64,000 bases of DNA from positions 42,782,001 through 42,846,000 of the forward strand of contig NC_087436.1 in NCBI RefSeq assembly GCF_036321535.1. Reading direction: 5' to 3'. The notes below the pieces were generated by a model that saw only the letters and a list, made by a program, of their open reading frames with translations, had not been told where the DNA came from and searched no databases. How positions within the stretch are numbered: position 1 is the first letter of the stretch; the number at the start of each line of letters is the position of its first letter. Shown in pieces: positions 13,045 to 25,147 of the stretch. The position numbers and the translations under genes are program-made. This stretch comes from Camelus dromedarius (lineage: Eukaryota).

Positions 13045-15020
13045 TCTATTAAATTGAGATAATTGTAGACTCACATGCAGTGGTAAGAAGTAATATTGAG
13101 AGATCCCAAGTATCCTTTAGCTGATTTCTTCCAATAGTAGTGTCTAGCAAAACTTTAGAATAATATCATAACTAGGAAATTAGCACTAATACAATGTACC
13201 AATCTTATTTTACCAGTCTTACATTGACTTGTGCATGTATGGGTTTAAGAGTATGCAATTTTATAATTTTATCACCTATGTAGGTAGTTGTATTCACCAT
13301 CACTGTTATACTAAATAGCAAAGATGTCTCCTATTGCCCTTTTATAATCACCACCACCAATATTGCTCTGCAAAATTCCTGCATCCATGCCTAACCCCTG
13401 GCAACCACTAATCTTTTTCATCTCTATAGTTTTGTCATTTGAAGAGTGTTATGTAAATGAAATCATACAGTATATAGCCGTTTGAGATTGGCTTTTTTTT
13501 TTTTTTTTGAACTCGGCATAATTCCCTTAAGATCCATCCATTTTGTTGCTTGTATCGATGTTTTCTTTTTTATTCATCAGTATGAATCAGCCACAGCTTG
13601 TTTAACCACTCTCCTGTTGAAGGACATCCATGTGTTTTCCAGTTTTTACTCTTAAGAATAAAGCTGCTATGAATATTGTATATAGGCTTGTGTGGGGGCA
13701 TATATTTTCATTTCTCTGAAATAAATGCCCAGGAGTATAATTGCTAGGTGTATGGTAATTGCATGTTTAGTTTCTAAGAAACTGCCAGACTGTTTTCCAG
13801 AGGGGCTGAGCCGTTTTAAATTCTGACAAGTCACAAATGAGTGATCTCTGCATTCCACCAGCATTTGTTGCTATCTTTTAGACATTCTCATGTGTGTAGT
13901 GATACCTCATTGTGGTTTTAATTTGCTTTTCCTTAATGGTTAATAATGTTAAGCACCTTTCATTATGTGCTGATTTGCCCTGTGTATTTCCTCTTCACTG
14001 AAATGTCTGTTCACGTCTTTTGCCCATTTTCTAATTAGACTCTTTGGTTTTTACTCTTGAGTTTGAGAGTTCTTTTTATTGTAATTATAAATCTTTTGTT
14101 AGGTATGTGGTTGGCAGATATATTCTCCTGCCTCTGTAGCATGTTTTTTCATTCTGTTAACAGGGTCTTGTATAGCACAGAAGTCTTGATTTCTGATGAT
14201 GTCCAGTTTATCAAGTTTTTCTTTTCTGGATTGTGCTTTTGGTATCAAGTCCAAAACTTATTGTCTAGCCTTAGGTTTTGAAAGTGTTCTCTTAATTTTT
14301 GAAAGGTTTTTCATTTTGAGTTAATTTTTTAATATAAGGTGTTAAGTTTAGGTTGAGGCTCATTTTTTCTCTTGACCTTTGTGTGTCTAATTGCTCAAGC
14401 ACCATTTGTTGAAGACAGGCAATCATTCCATTGAGTTGCTTTTGTACCTTTGTCAAAAATCAGTTGAGCATGCTGTGTGGATCTATTTCTGGGTTCTTTA
14501 TACTGTTCCACTGATCTGTATGTCTGCCTCTTCTCCAGTACTACACTGTGTGGGTTACACTAAGTTGTAGTATCAGTTGGAATGACTCTCTCCTTTATTT
14601 TTCTTTTTCAGAATTCTATTAACTATTCTAGTTCCTTTGCATTCCCATATAAATTTTAGAATAATCTTGTCTATATCTACAAAAAAATCTTACTGGGATT
14701 TTGATAGGAATAGTATTAAATTTATAGATCAATTTGAGGAGAAATGACATCTATTGAGTTTTCCAATCTGTGAATATTGTATGTCTCTCCCTTTATTTAG
14801 ATCTGTGATTTCTTTCATCATTGTTTTGTAATTTCAGCATACAGATCCTGTACATGTTTTGTTATATTTTTACTAGGGAATCCATTTCTTTTTTGCAAAT
14901 TATAAGTGACATTTTTAAAAATTCAGTTTCCACATCTTCATTGCTAGCCTATGAAAATATGATTGATTTTTGTCTATTGACCTGGTATCTTGTGACCTTT
15001 TTTTTTTTTTAATTTTGTAG
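13045..15020 (-). mobile_element. L1MD-like LINE-1, 5'-truncated
   Basis: ttgagataattgtagactcacatgcagtggtaagaagtaata...gagagatccc 3' end; ORF relic AIILLGIYFREMKIY; ctttgtcaaaaatcagttg. Confidence 0.9.
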
Positions 15021-16664
15021 ATTTAAAAATGTCCCTAGAGGTGGGAAAACATAGATGTGTATAAATATTAAAGGATATTAAGGAGATTACCTTTCAGTTT
15101 TTCAAGAGTTTGTTTAAGATCATTATAAAAAAGTTAATTTGTGGGCAATGCAAGTGCCAAAAACTGTATCCAATGCTTTATAGTCACTGCAGAAATGTTT
15201 GCTGATAATAAATTTTGAAGTAATTTGTTATAAGCAGATTAAACCTATTAGTAGCTGCTGGAAGCTACTTGTGAACTATTTAGGGCAAGAGTGCTTTACT
15301 TCCAATTAGTAGCTTAGAAAGTCAGGAAGACTTGTTCCTTTCTAGGCAAAGTAAGTTTGATTCAGAGCAAAGAGTTGGCATATACACATTTTAAAAATAT
15401 ATTAAGAGTGATTCATTTTTATGAATAACATTGAATGGCCTAAAGTTATAAAGTAAAAACTTATTCTTCATCAAACCCTATTTTCACTTTGTAAAAATAA
15501 TCATTGTTTATCTGTCAGTAGTTACCTGTGAATCCTTCCAGAATTGTGATGTGCATTTATCTTTTATAGCCATTAATCTTTAAAAAATATGTAGATTTAC
15601 ACAAGACTTTAATGCTACTCAATTGGAGACCCTTTCTCTCATTTTCTATCTTCAGAATTCTTACCTAGTTTATTTTCATTTGATGTGATGCATTCTTAAT
15701 CCCACATCTTAAGTTTATTAATGAGGATTGATTCTAATGCGTTCTTCTAAATTTTCTCAGAAGTGGATCTTTTGGAAATTAGAAACCCCGAGGAGGAAAA
15801 CATATATTTTAAGTGCAAAATAGAATAAAGTATGTCAAAGTTTGAAAAAGCAGATGCTTTGACATTTCTTTGGTAACAAAAAGACATTTTAAAACCAAAA
15901 GAAATATAGAAGAATATTTTGACCAAAGCTGTTATAAAAAGAAGAACTATCATAGTGTTGATTAAATTTGGGATTTGAACTAGATATTAAAAAAAATGAG
16001 AACAGAAATATTAGATTTCTTTCTCCCCCATCCCTCTCAAGGGGGCCTTAAAATTTTAGAGTTAGCATGCAAAAATTTTATAAACTGTGCCTGTTTAGTT
16101 TGACAGGAGTCTTGTTGCCTTCCATCCAATTTTAAAGTGATGCTTGGAGGCTTAATGGATGTGATGTGCTGAAAAATTCTAAGATGACAGATGTATGAAG
16201 TTATGTAAGCATTTTAATTGTTTATAAATAGTTTGTGTTTATCTTATATTTGTTATCACTCCATTTTTTGCTTGACTATAAAAGTTAGCATATAGTTTTC
16301 TTATTATGTATTCCTTTTATTTATTTAATTTAGATCTTCACTGGCTGTTCTTAATATTTAGTATTATTTAGTTTTCTTTCTAAAAAGAACTTAATTTGTC
16401 ATTAAGTGCTTTTGTCTAAAATTGTATTTATATCTGTCTTTTGTTTCCATTTTGATTGAAAAATAATTCTTACGGATTTGCTAAAATTACATCTATTCCA
16501 AGTTATGCCCCTTAATAAATTTAACTTTATTGAAGACTGTTTTGAAAAATGCTAATGGAAGCTCAAGGGCAGAATATAATATTTAAGGGTCTAAGAATTA
16601 TCAGCATTAATAACTGCTCTAAGACATAATCATCTTAGTTCTGTAATATAAGGTTAGTGGTCTG

Positions 16665-16717
16665 TATATAACTTTGGCTACCTATATAACCTTGATATAC
16701 CTATATAGCTATAACTT
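16665..16717. repeat. Degenerate ~18-19-bp tandem repeat, about 2.5 copies
   Basis: tatataactttggctacc / tatataaccttgatatacc / tatatagctataacttt. Confidence 0.7.
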
Positions 16718-17919
16718 TAAGGTGTAATTAATAAACTGGGATTATTCAAAGGGAAATAAAAGATAATTAAGCATATGGACAGTTCTCTATCCAATAAACA
16801 AAGATTTTAGGGAATGCCAATTAAATCCTCCCCTCTCCTGCCTTCATAATTTAAAACTAGAACATAGAGATTTAGTAGAATCATTTTAAGATGTATTCAC
16901 AAAAAAAGCATTTAGCTTTATCTCGTCACTCACTTTTGGAGATAAAGATTAGTTTTTCTTTTGCTTGTGCTCATAATAAAAGTACAGTTAAGAGAGAGAG
17001 GTACAAGACAACTTTCAAATGGTACAAAGTCCCTGCATCTTTTTGAGAATTTAATTATGAGCTCACTCATAAAACTCATTATAGTAGATTCCCTAAGAAG
17101 TTTCTATAAATTTTTAAAAACCATTTATTCTATCTATATTTTTAAAACTCATTTTGGGTAGAGACCAGCAAAGATAATTTTTCTGTCAACAAAGAGATTT
17201 TTGTTTGTTTTACTTTGTTTTTATAAGCATTTTCTTTGGGTATTGATACTATTTCTGATTGATCTTGAAAGGAAAGATAGACAATTCTGGAAAATATAAA
17301 CTACCTACAAATTTAAATTTATTGCTTTCAGAGACATCTACCTTTCCCTCTTAATTTATAACAGTGAATGCCATTCTGAAAGAAACAAGGAAGATACATC
17401 CCACTGGTTTATTCAGCAAAATGCTAGAAGATTTATTTGGACCTGATCACTTTTAAAAGTTAGGAAAGGATGAAACAGGTTGGAAAAATTAATCTTTTCC
17501 AGGAATCCATTCAAACTTTTAATTCTGGAAACTAAATGAAAATAATGGGAGTTTTAAGAACTCTGTTCTCCTGTTCACTTTTATGTGTTCATAGCAGTAT
17601 CATTGGGTTGTTTTTCTTTTGGTTTACAAAATATCCCTAAATGGTACCAAATATGGATTTGTAGGGATTCAGTTTTAGGAACACAAGAAACTAAACATTT
17701 TGTTCTTTACTAAGTGTCCTTCCTTATTTTACTGGTACACGTTGCCGACATCTTTACTTATATACAGTCATTTTATTAAGTACATTAAAGGAAAGATTTT
17801 GACCTAGAGATGAGTTCTTAAGATTTGTTCATGATTTATCAAATGACAAGACAGGGTCAAACAACAAACCATTTCTTGTGGTGTATAATAGAATGGTATT
17901 TGGCTCTTCAAATTTGTGT

Positions 17920-18133
17920 TTTGATTGATAAAAGCTGAGGGAAACTTTTGTTAAACAATCAAATATATATTTTCTTAGTGTAGGAAATCTCAGAGCCAGT
18001 ATGTAATGACATTATTGAGAATTCCTAAGAAGGAGGCATGCAGTTCATGGCATTTCCCAAACCCGCTTGATCGTGGAAACAATCTGTAGCATCTCGGATG
18101 ATAGTACTCCATAGAAATTAACTGAGAAATATT
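17920..18133 (-). mobile_element. hAT-Charlie non-autonomous element (Charlie4/MER80-like)
   Basis: gggaaac...gttaaacaa...tctcagagcc...catttcccaaac...agcatctcg...tgagaaa follows the order of a remembered Charlie consensus; subfamily and orientation uncertain. Confidence 0.55.
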
Positions 18134-19838
18134 TCCTAAACACACAAATTTCTTTTTTTTTTTTTGTAAGAAAATAAATTGGAAGCAAATATGGCAAAAT
18201 GTTAATATTGGTTTAAACGTGATGATGTGTAAATTTAAAATTTTTCTGTATAATTATACTATTACAGAATTAAAAATTAAAAAGTATTCACAGAAATTTG
18301 AGTTTTTGCAGATTTAGATTAGAGAAACATCAAAGGGAAGCCTTTTGCAATAACTATAAAGATAGCTAATGCCTTGATGATGTTTGAATGCATGCTGAAA
18401 CGTTCAAATTGTCTAATTTGAGGTAATGATATATAGCTTTTGCTGGCAGTCATATTTAAGTGAGTCAGGAGTAAAGTTTTTAAATAGGAATGTATGTTGC
18501 ACAGTATCTAGTTTAGCATCCAGCTTGGGAAACACTATTTCCCTTATCAGCTTTAAAACTCTATAACTCTATGAACTTGAACCTAACTGTAAAGATAACG
18601 AGTAATTTAAAATAACTGCTAACAACCATAGTCCTCCTGGGTTGTTCTTGGGCACATTTTCAGTAGGTCAGAGTTAACTGCTGGCTACCCAGGTTTCCTT
18701 CAGGCTTGCCTCTGTACCTCAAGAATTGGTGCCTATATCCTCTCCTATGGAAGTTTACTGCCATGAGATGATAAATTTACATGAAGTAAAGTATAAATGT
18801 CTGAGGATGAATAATGAGTTTCCTTTCCAAATGATACTTGCATTTTGGGGAAGTTCAAAGACTTAGACCAAAATAATGGTTTCCAAAAGTAGAAGTTAAG
18901 ACTTCCCTTTTGTAGAGCGGGGGTTGACAGTGTCCTTCATGTGATGTCTCAAATCTGTCACCTAGGAAGTTTATACTATACTTAGGAGATGAATGAACAC
19001 ATCTTTTTAACTGGGAAAATAAAATGAGGGAGAAGTATATTTAATGAAAATGTTAGTGTTATTTTTAAAAGTTGCAAGTTGGAGACAAATTAGAAATCAC
19101 ACAATCTCTTCACCCTGAAAAATACTTAATATTCAGGTATTCTTTATATGCATAGAATGAAGTACATCTACACTAAGGAGATGACATAGTGGAGAGTGAG
19201 TGAAGGCCCAGTGATAAGCTTCCAGTAAGCTGACTGGATCCATGTCACTGGGATAGACATTAGAAATAAAGGTCTAGATCATTAATTTTCATAGGTCAAC
19301 AAAAAGGCTAGTTCAATGCTGATATGAATCTTTGGGGAATAACGATTTTGTTGTAAATCAATATTATTATTTCAGTTTAGTTTTGCAGCTCCCAAGAGGC
19401 CAAACTTTACTCATCCAAATTTGTCTTTTAGTTCAAACGGGCACGAACTCTTAAGTAGAAATATGTTCCTACCTATCCACATAGATATTTTAACTTTTGT
19501 ATAGATTGCGAATTCATCAGTATTATTTTTTTTTAAGCTTGTTACAGCTTCCATTGAGACAGTTTGTGTAGAAATAGGAGATTTAATGGCATTATTCATG
19601 GTTTGTGTTAGTATTTTTTAAATGTATTGCAAAGGATGAGGTGGGAAACTAAAATGTGTATGTGTTATACGCATATTCAACTTAAAATATGTATGATACA
19701 ACAGATAATAAAACAGATGTGTATAATTTATTTATATATTTACAAATCTATTTAGATATAGAAAAGTATATATTATATATATTTAATGAAGTCAGTTTTT
19801 TTGTAAGTTCATTAATATCTAAAGTTTCAAACAGGTCT

Positions 19839-19890
19839 TAGAAATTAAAACTACTATAAAGAAGCTACTAGAAGTTAAAGTTACTATAAA
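19839..19890. repeat. Diverged 22-bp direct duplication, period 30
   Basis: tagaaattaaaactactataaa vs tagaagttaaagttactataaa. Confidence 0.85.
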
Positions 19891-21895
19891 CAAAACTTTC
19901 TGGCAGTTCCACAGGATTTAGATTTCAGAGTGTGAGCTAGAAAGTATTTATTATGCAGAACACATTTCAGAATTAATCCAAAAAAGACATGCATCAAAGA
20001 AACATTCGATCTCTTACCGTAGGAGTTGTGCGCTTGGATCGATACCCCGAGTGCTTGTTAAGGCAGTTTCCTGTTTCTCAGTATGAATTTAAGACACCTT
20101 AAGTCAGCAGTCTTTGATTCTGTATTCTCTCTGAAAATAGCACAAACTTACCTTCCACTCTGGTACTGCCTCACCTAGCTGCTGAAGTTGTAGGGGCAGC
20201 AACAGCTGAGACAGCAGTGATATGTCAGTAGAAACAGTCCACAGGATACAGCTGCAGCCACACATGGAATTTTAAGACTTATCTAAGGTTTGGTTAATAG
20301 GGTACATTCTACCAGATCTGCATTTCTGTCCCAATTAAAATATTTATCCCTTAATTATAATCCCACATTTTTCATCTTCCCTGAATAAATGAGGAAAAGA
20401 AATAATTTATTGACACTTGGGACTGATGGTGTGTGTATGTGTGCACTTTTATGTGTGTTTTGAACAGTAATTTTAGTTAGGTGCTAGAGAGCAAGGTGTG
20501 TTTATTGTCTTTATGGGGTAGAGACATATGGCCTCAAAGTCTTGGGAGCTTAGAGTGTCTCTGTATTTATAGCTTTAGTTCCTTGGCTTTTGTTCACCCA
20601 GCCTTAAAGTTGAACTGTTTGCATGTCTTGAATTCATGCCAGAGATTTGATGGGAATAAAAGTCCAGACAAAGATTAATTAGTTACCGTATCCTCTTAAG
20701 TTCTAGAATTGTTTTCTCTCATCAGGCTAGTTAGTGATGAGTTTCTAGATTATGTTCTGTACCCTAGTAAATAAACATAGCTTAACCTGCTGTAGTCTAC
20801 ATATGCCATTGAAATCTTTTGACCTTTTTAAAAAATAACAGACAGTTATTCCCAAACTATGTGAGTAAGTCTTGTCAGAGTATCCTAGTTCTTAGATATC
20901 CGAATATGTGCATGTCTCTGGAAATCTGTACTTTTGAGATCCAGTGTCCTCAAAAAGATTGGCGCTTAAAACTATTACCTTCCAAATATCCTGATTTCTT
21001 TCTATATTTTGCTTTTCATATCAGCAGCAGACTATGGAAATAAATAAGGAAAAAAGTGCTGGTTTGCCCCTTTCCCCACATGGCATTAAAGTAAAAATAT
21101 GTGCTATTCTGAAACCTGAGGCTGCTTTTACTCACAAATTAAAAGGGAGTTTACCTAGTTAATTCCTGCTTGTTTTCTGCGAAGTTTATACTCAGTGCTG
21201 AAGGCTCTCTTATATATGCCTGCACCTCTCATAGCTTTAGCTTTTCACTTCTGCTCTGCATGTAAAGGCCTCCTTGGAAGCAGAGCAGAGTGCACTTGGT
21301 TTATCTGTGTAGATAGCCTGTGGTATTGGGTCTTTCAGACACTTTGAATTCAGGGACATGTGGCATTTGGAAGACTGTCACACTACCTTGATTCTTTGAT
21401 ACATTCTAGTTAGATTCAGATAGTCAGCTCTCAATTAAATCATTTTACCCTATACCTTTTACCTTCTAGGTTCACATACCCATATACCTAATCTTCTCTT
21501 CTTTACTAGTTTTTTTTTTTTTTTGCTTTTCCTGTGTTCTAATTGAATTGGAAGGTATACGACCAATATTTTAACCACTTCTTTCAATTCTGAACCTGAT
21601 ATAATTGCACTAATGTGTATTTAAATTTATAAAACATAATATTCTTAAACTGCAAAAAATGATCACTGATCTTAACTTCCCTGGAATTGAAAAAAAATTT
21701 TTTGACTACATGTAAAATTTCTCTAAGGAAAAGTTGATCATAGTATAAGTAACTTAAAGAAATAAGATGATTTTGAGAGAATGTAATTTATTTTATAGAT
21801 GATGGGGTGGTTTATTCACAAAAAATAGACAGGAAAATAATTTCCTGTTTTTAAAGCCAGATCAGCTCCCTCTATCAATATTTTTCTGTCCTTAA

Positions 21896-21920
21896 AATTT
21901 CATGTTTAAAACATGAAATT
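21896..21920. repeat. Inverted repeat, perfect 12-bp arms with 1-nt spacer
   Basis: aatttcatgttt-a-aaacatgaaatt. Confidence 0.95.
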
Positions 21921-22724
21921 AAACAAACACCAGAAAAACCAAAACCCTTTTTATTTTGAAGGGAATGAAACATGTTTAATTTGATAACATGTTTTATGGG
22001 TAGGTTATAGACTGTCAGGAAGGTTTAGCTTTTTAAAAACATCATTTCTAAAGAAGGAAACTTTAGGGATGAAGTAAAACTTTCCCCTGCTCTTGATGTG
22101 AAAATTACTAGGTGATTTGCATGCTAAAATACTCTACTGTACTATCCGTGAAATGGTCAAAGTGCAGAAGGCCAGTTACCAGGCAACAGATAGCAAGGCT
22201 AAAAGATGTGAGCTGTAATTCTTCTTTCATTTAATTGTCAGTAAAGAGACTCTTCAGCCATGCAGCCCAGTTTCTGGGGTTGTTTGTAGAGTTAGTTGCT
22301 CATGGAGAATCTGTCCCCAAATTTTGTTTTCTGAATGCTAAAATACCATAGAAGCCTTCGGATTATACCAGCACTGACTTTGTTGTGGACCACTTAAAAA
22401 GTGAGCTGTGATGACCTGTGACGGAAAAGGTGGATTCCTTTTGATTTACCATAATTTTCCTATAATATAGTAACATGATGATGTTCAAAATAAGGCTCAG
22501 ACCTCTGAACTCCAGGGGAAACTTGAGAGACAGGAAGAGGAGAGAATGAGAGAAATTACAGAAAAGTGAGAGGTCTTTTTTGATGGTTGGTACTTGTACT
22601 TTCCTACTTTTGGCTTCTGTGAATAATACAAACACAAATTCAGGGAAGTTTGATGGTATTAGAGCTCTGTTCCTGTTGGAAAATTCAAGACCTCATGTGT
22701 TGCATCTATCAACGAATGAAAGGG

Positions 22725-22910
22725 AACCAGTATTAACTGAGCATCTATTATGTCTAAGAAATTGTTATTTTTTTTATCATCAGAATACATTTACAAGGTG
22801 AATACTATTATAACCCCCTTCTAGAGATGAATGTTTCCACAGAACTGAAGCATTCTGTGGTTAAAAATCTTGTCCAGTGTCTCACATTATGGTTTGAGCC
22901 AAAGCAATTT
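22725..22910 (-). mobile_element. MIR
   Basis: actgagcatctattatgt...actattataaccccc...agatga...ggttaaaaatcttgtcca...tttgagcc. Confidence 0.7.
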
Positions 22911-23009
22911 TCTTTTCATTGTCTCCTTCCTATAATTCAGAGTAATTGACTTGTGTTCAATAATATCTAATAGTTCTCTATACATTTTAATATATGTTTT
23001 GATAAAGAC

Positions 23010-23560
23010 TACATAGAAGTTAGAGTTTAAAAGGGTCTTGTAAATCAGATTATAGTTCTCACTCCTGTACCTTAATCCCCTTTGGTAAATATCTGTCTAG
23101 TTTTAAATGATTCTGGAGAAGATTCCACAGTTTCCCTTAGTAACCTAAATCTGTCTTTGCTTTGATTTAAACCATTTTCTTCTGGTTTGTCCTAAATAGA
23201 GAAGGAGAACAGCTGGTTACCATTCTCAATATAAGAGCCTGTGTATTTCAAGGACATTAAAAAGTCTCCTCTCAGAATTTTCTTCACAGCCTGACCACTC
23301 TATCCTTGTGCTCTTTCTTCTTTTTCCAACCCTTTCATCATCTGTGTGGGCTTCCTTCCTTTTTATTTCTCTGCATTCCCTCTCAGATGTGGAGATCATA
23401 ACTGGGCATGGATATGCAGCATGAGTCAAGCGGTGAAGAGTAAAATAAGAAGCTTACCTCAGAGTTTCTAAACTAATTTTCTATTTATGAACCCCAGTAA
23501 TGTGCTTGCTTACAACTCAACAAGAATGGTGGTCTGCTATCACATTTCACTTATAGGTCT
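23010..23560 (-). mobile_element. CR1/L3-type ancient LINE 3' fragment
   Basis: catagaagttagagtttaaaagggtctt 3' end, ggagaagattccacagtttccctt, ggagaacagctggttaccattctc, gtctcctctcag. Confidence 0.65.
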
Positions 23561-24723
23561 GCTGTGGTACAAGGTGGTTTTTTTCCCGGTTGTATTTCAT
23601 ATGGCCAGCCTTACCTATATGTGCTATATCTTATCTTCTATAACATGTTATTTTGAAGAATGACAGAAAAGACCTGTGAAAGTATGGAGAATATTTTGTT
23701 GGAGAAAAAAACTTTTAAAATATTTTAATGTTCAAGATGGTTGATTAAAAATGCTTTGTTCTTTATGTATACAACAGGAACTGGAAACACTTCATGTGGA
23801 TCTAAATAGTTGATAATGCAACTTTGCCTCAATCATTTAATTTATTACATGTGGTTTCCTAATATACCAGCTTGAATGTTATTCGAGTCCACCAAAGTTC
23901 TACCTTTGGTTCTGGCTTACTTACTAATGTGAACTTAAGAAGCAGCTTGCTGTCTGTTACTTTACTACCTATTTTACTGAGGAAATGTTAAATACTACTA
24001 AATACTGGGCCAAGTTTTAGCCACACTATCCTTTAAAATCACTCCAATGTGTGCATTCTTTGCTAAAATAGCCAGCTTTTTTCCTTTACACATCAGAACA
24101 TTTGTAGTTTATAAAGTCACTTTGTTTCTTGGGAGGTATTATTACTGTAGTATTTTTTAAAAATTTAGATTTGCTTATTTTACTATTCAGTTTTATGCCA
24201 GTGCTTTACCTTTCCTAGTTTGGATAAGGAGTCAAAGTTACCATTTTTATTTAACTAGAGAATGGCTTGTTTTCATCTGACTTAAATGGGAGAGTTCCTA
24301 TTAGTGGATCAATCATTTCCATTCTGTAACAGTGCTGTAAATGTGCCAGTTTAGAATTGGAGTTCTTCACACAGGCTTTTTTACTTTAATCAAAAGTTTA
24401 TGCTCACTCAGAAAGTGCTACATAAAGTGGTTGAGAGGATGTTCACTCCTGATTTAATAGCATTAAATCAATCCTTGATAAAAGTTAGCTAATTTTAGGG
24501 ATACATTTTAGAGAAAGGCTATTTCCCATAGAAAATGTGTGTGGCTCAGTACAACAATTGGAAAAGCATTTCCACATCTCTTAACATCTTATGAGTTGAG
24601 TAGCAGCTCCTTTACTTATGAATGACCCATTAAATTGTACAGTTTTCAAAAGTAGCAGTTTTCTGTCTTTAGCCTCGATCTTGGCATGAGACATCCTGCC
24701 TGTGTCTGCTTGTTCTTATCTCA

Positions 24724-24746
24724 CCCCCGCCACCCGCCCCCTCCCC
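24724..24746 (-). promoter_or_regulatory. GC-box/KLF-SP cluster and potential G-quadruplex
   Basis: cccccgccacccgccccctcccc has four C-runs of 3 or more; a GATA site (cttatct) lies immediately upstream. Confidence 0.45.
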
Positions 24747-25067
24747 TAGCAGGGAGGAGCATTCTGCTGTGAAACAGGCTTGCATGGCTGTCTTGACAAC
24801 TCTGCCAGGGCTCCTTTTCTCTGAGAATGTTTTGCTCAGAGATTGATAGGATGGTTTGCTTTGAATTCTTGACAATAACTTCTTACCTTTAAAAAAAAAA
24901 AAAAAAAGGTTGGAAGTCTTACTCAGAAGACAAATGTAATATTTCTTCCCTTTAAATTCCATTCACCATCAGTTTTGAAGAAAACTCAGTCTCCAGTCTA
25001 CACAGGTCTGTGGAGGAAACAAAAACTACTACTGAGTCATCTCTCAGAAGCACATCTTTGTTAGAAC

Positions 25068-25147
25068 TTTTTTATTTTGAAGTAATTCTACATTTGCCAG
25101 AGAGTTGCAAAGATAGTAAAGAATGTTCTCAGATACCCATCATTTAG
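25068..25147 (-). mobile_element. Short old L1 (L1MC/L1ME) 3' terminus
   Basis: ttttattttgaagtaatt...agagttgcaaagatagtaaagaa. Confidence 0.6.

Noticed and set aside
16665..16717. Short direct repeats as a CRISPR-like or other array
   Set aside because: Only 2-3 degenerate copies with no unique spacers, in a mammalian context; ordinary slippage.
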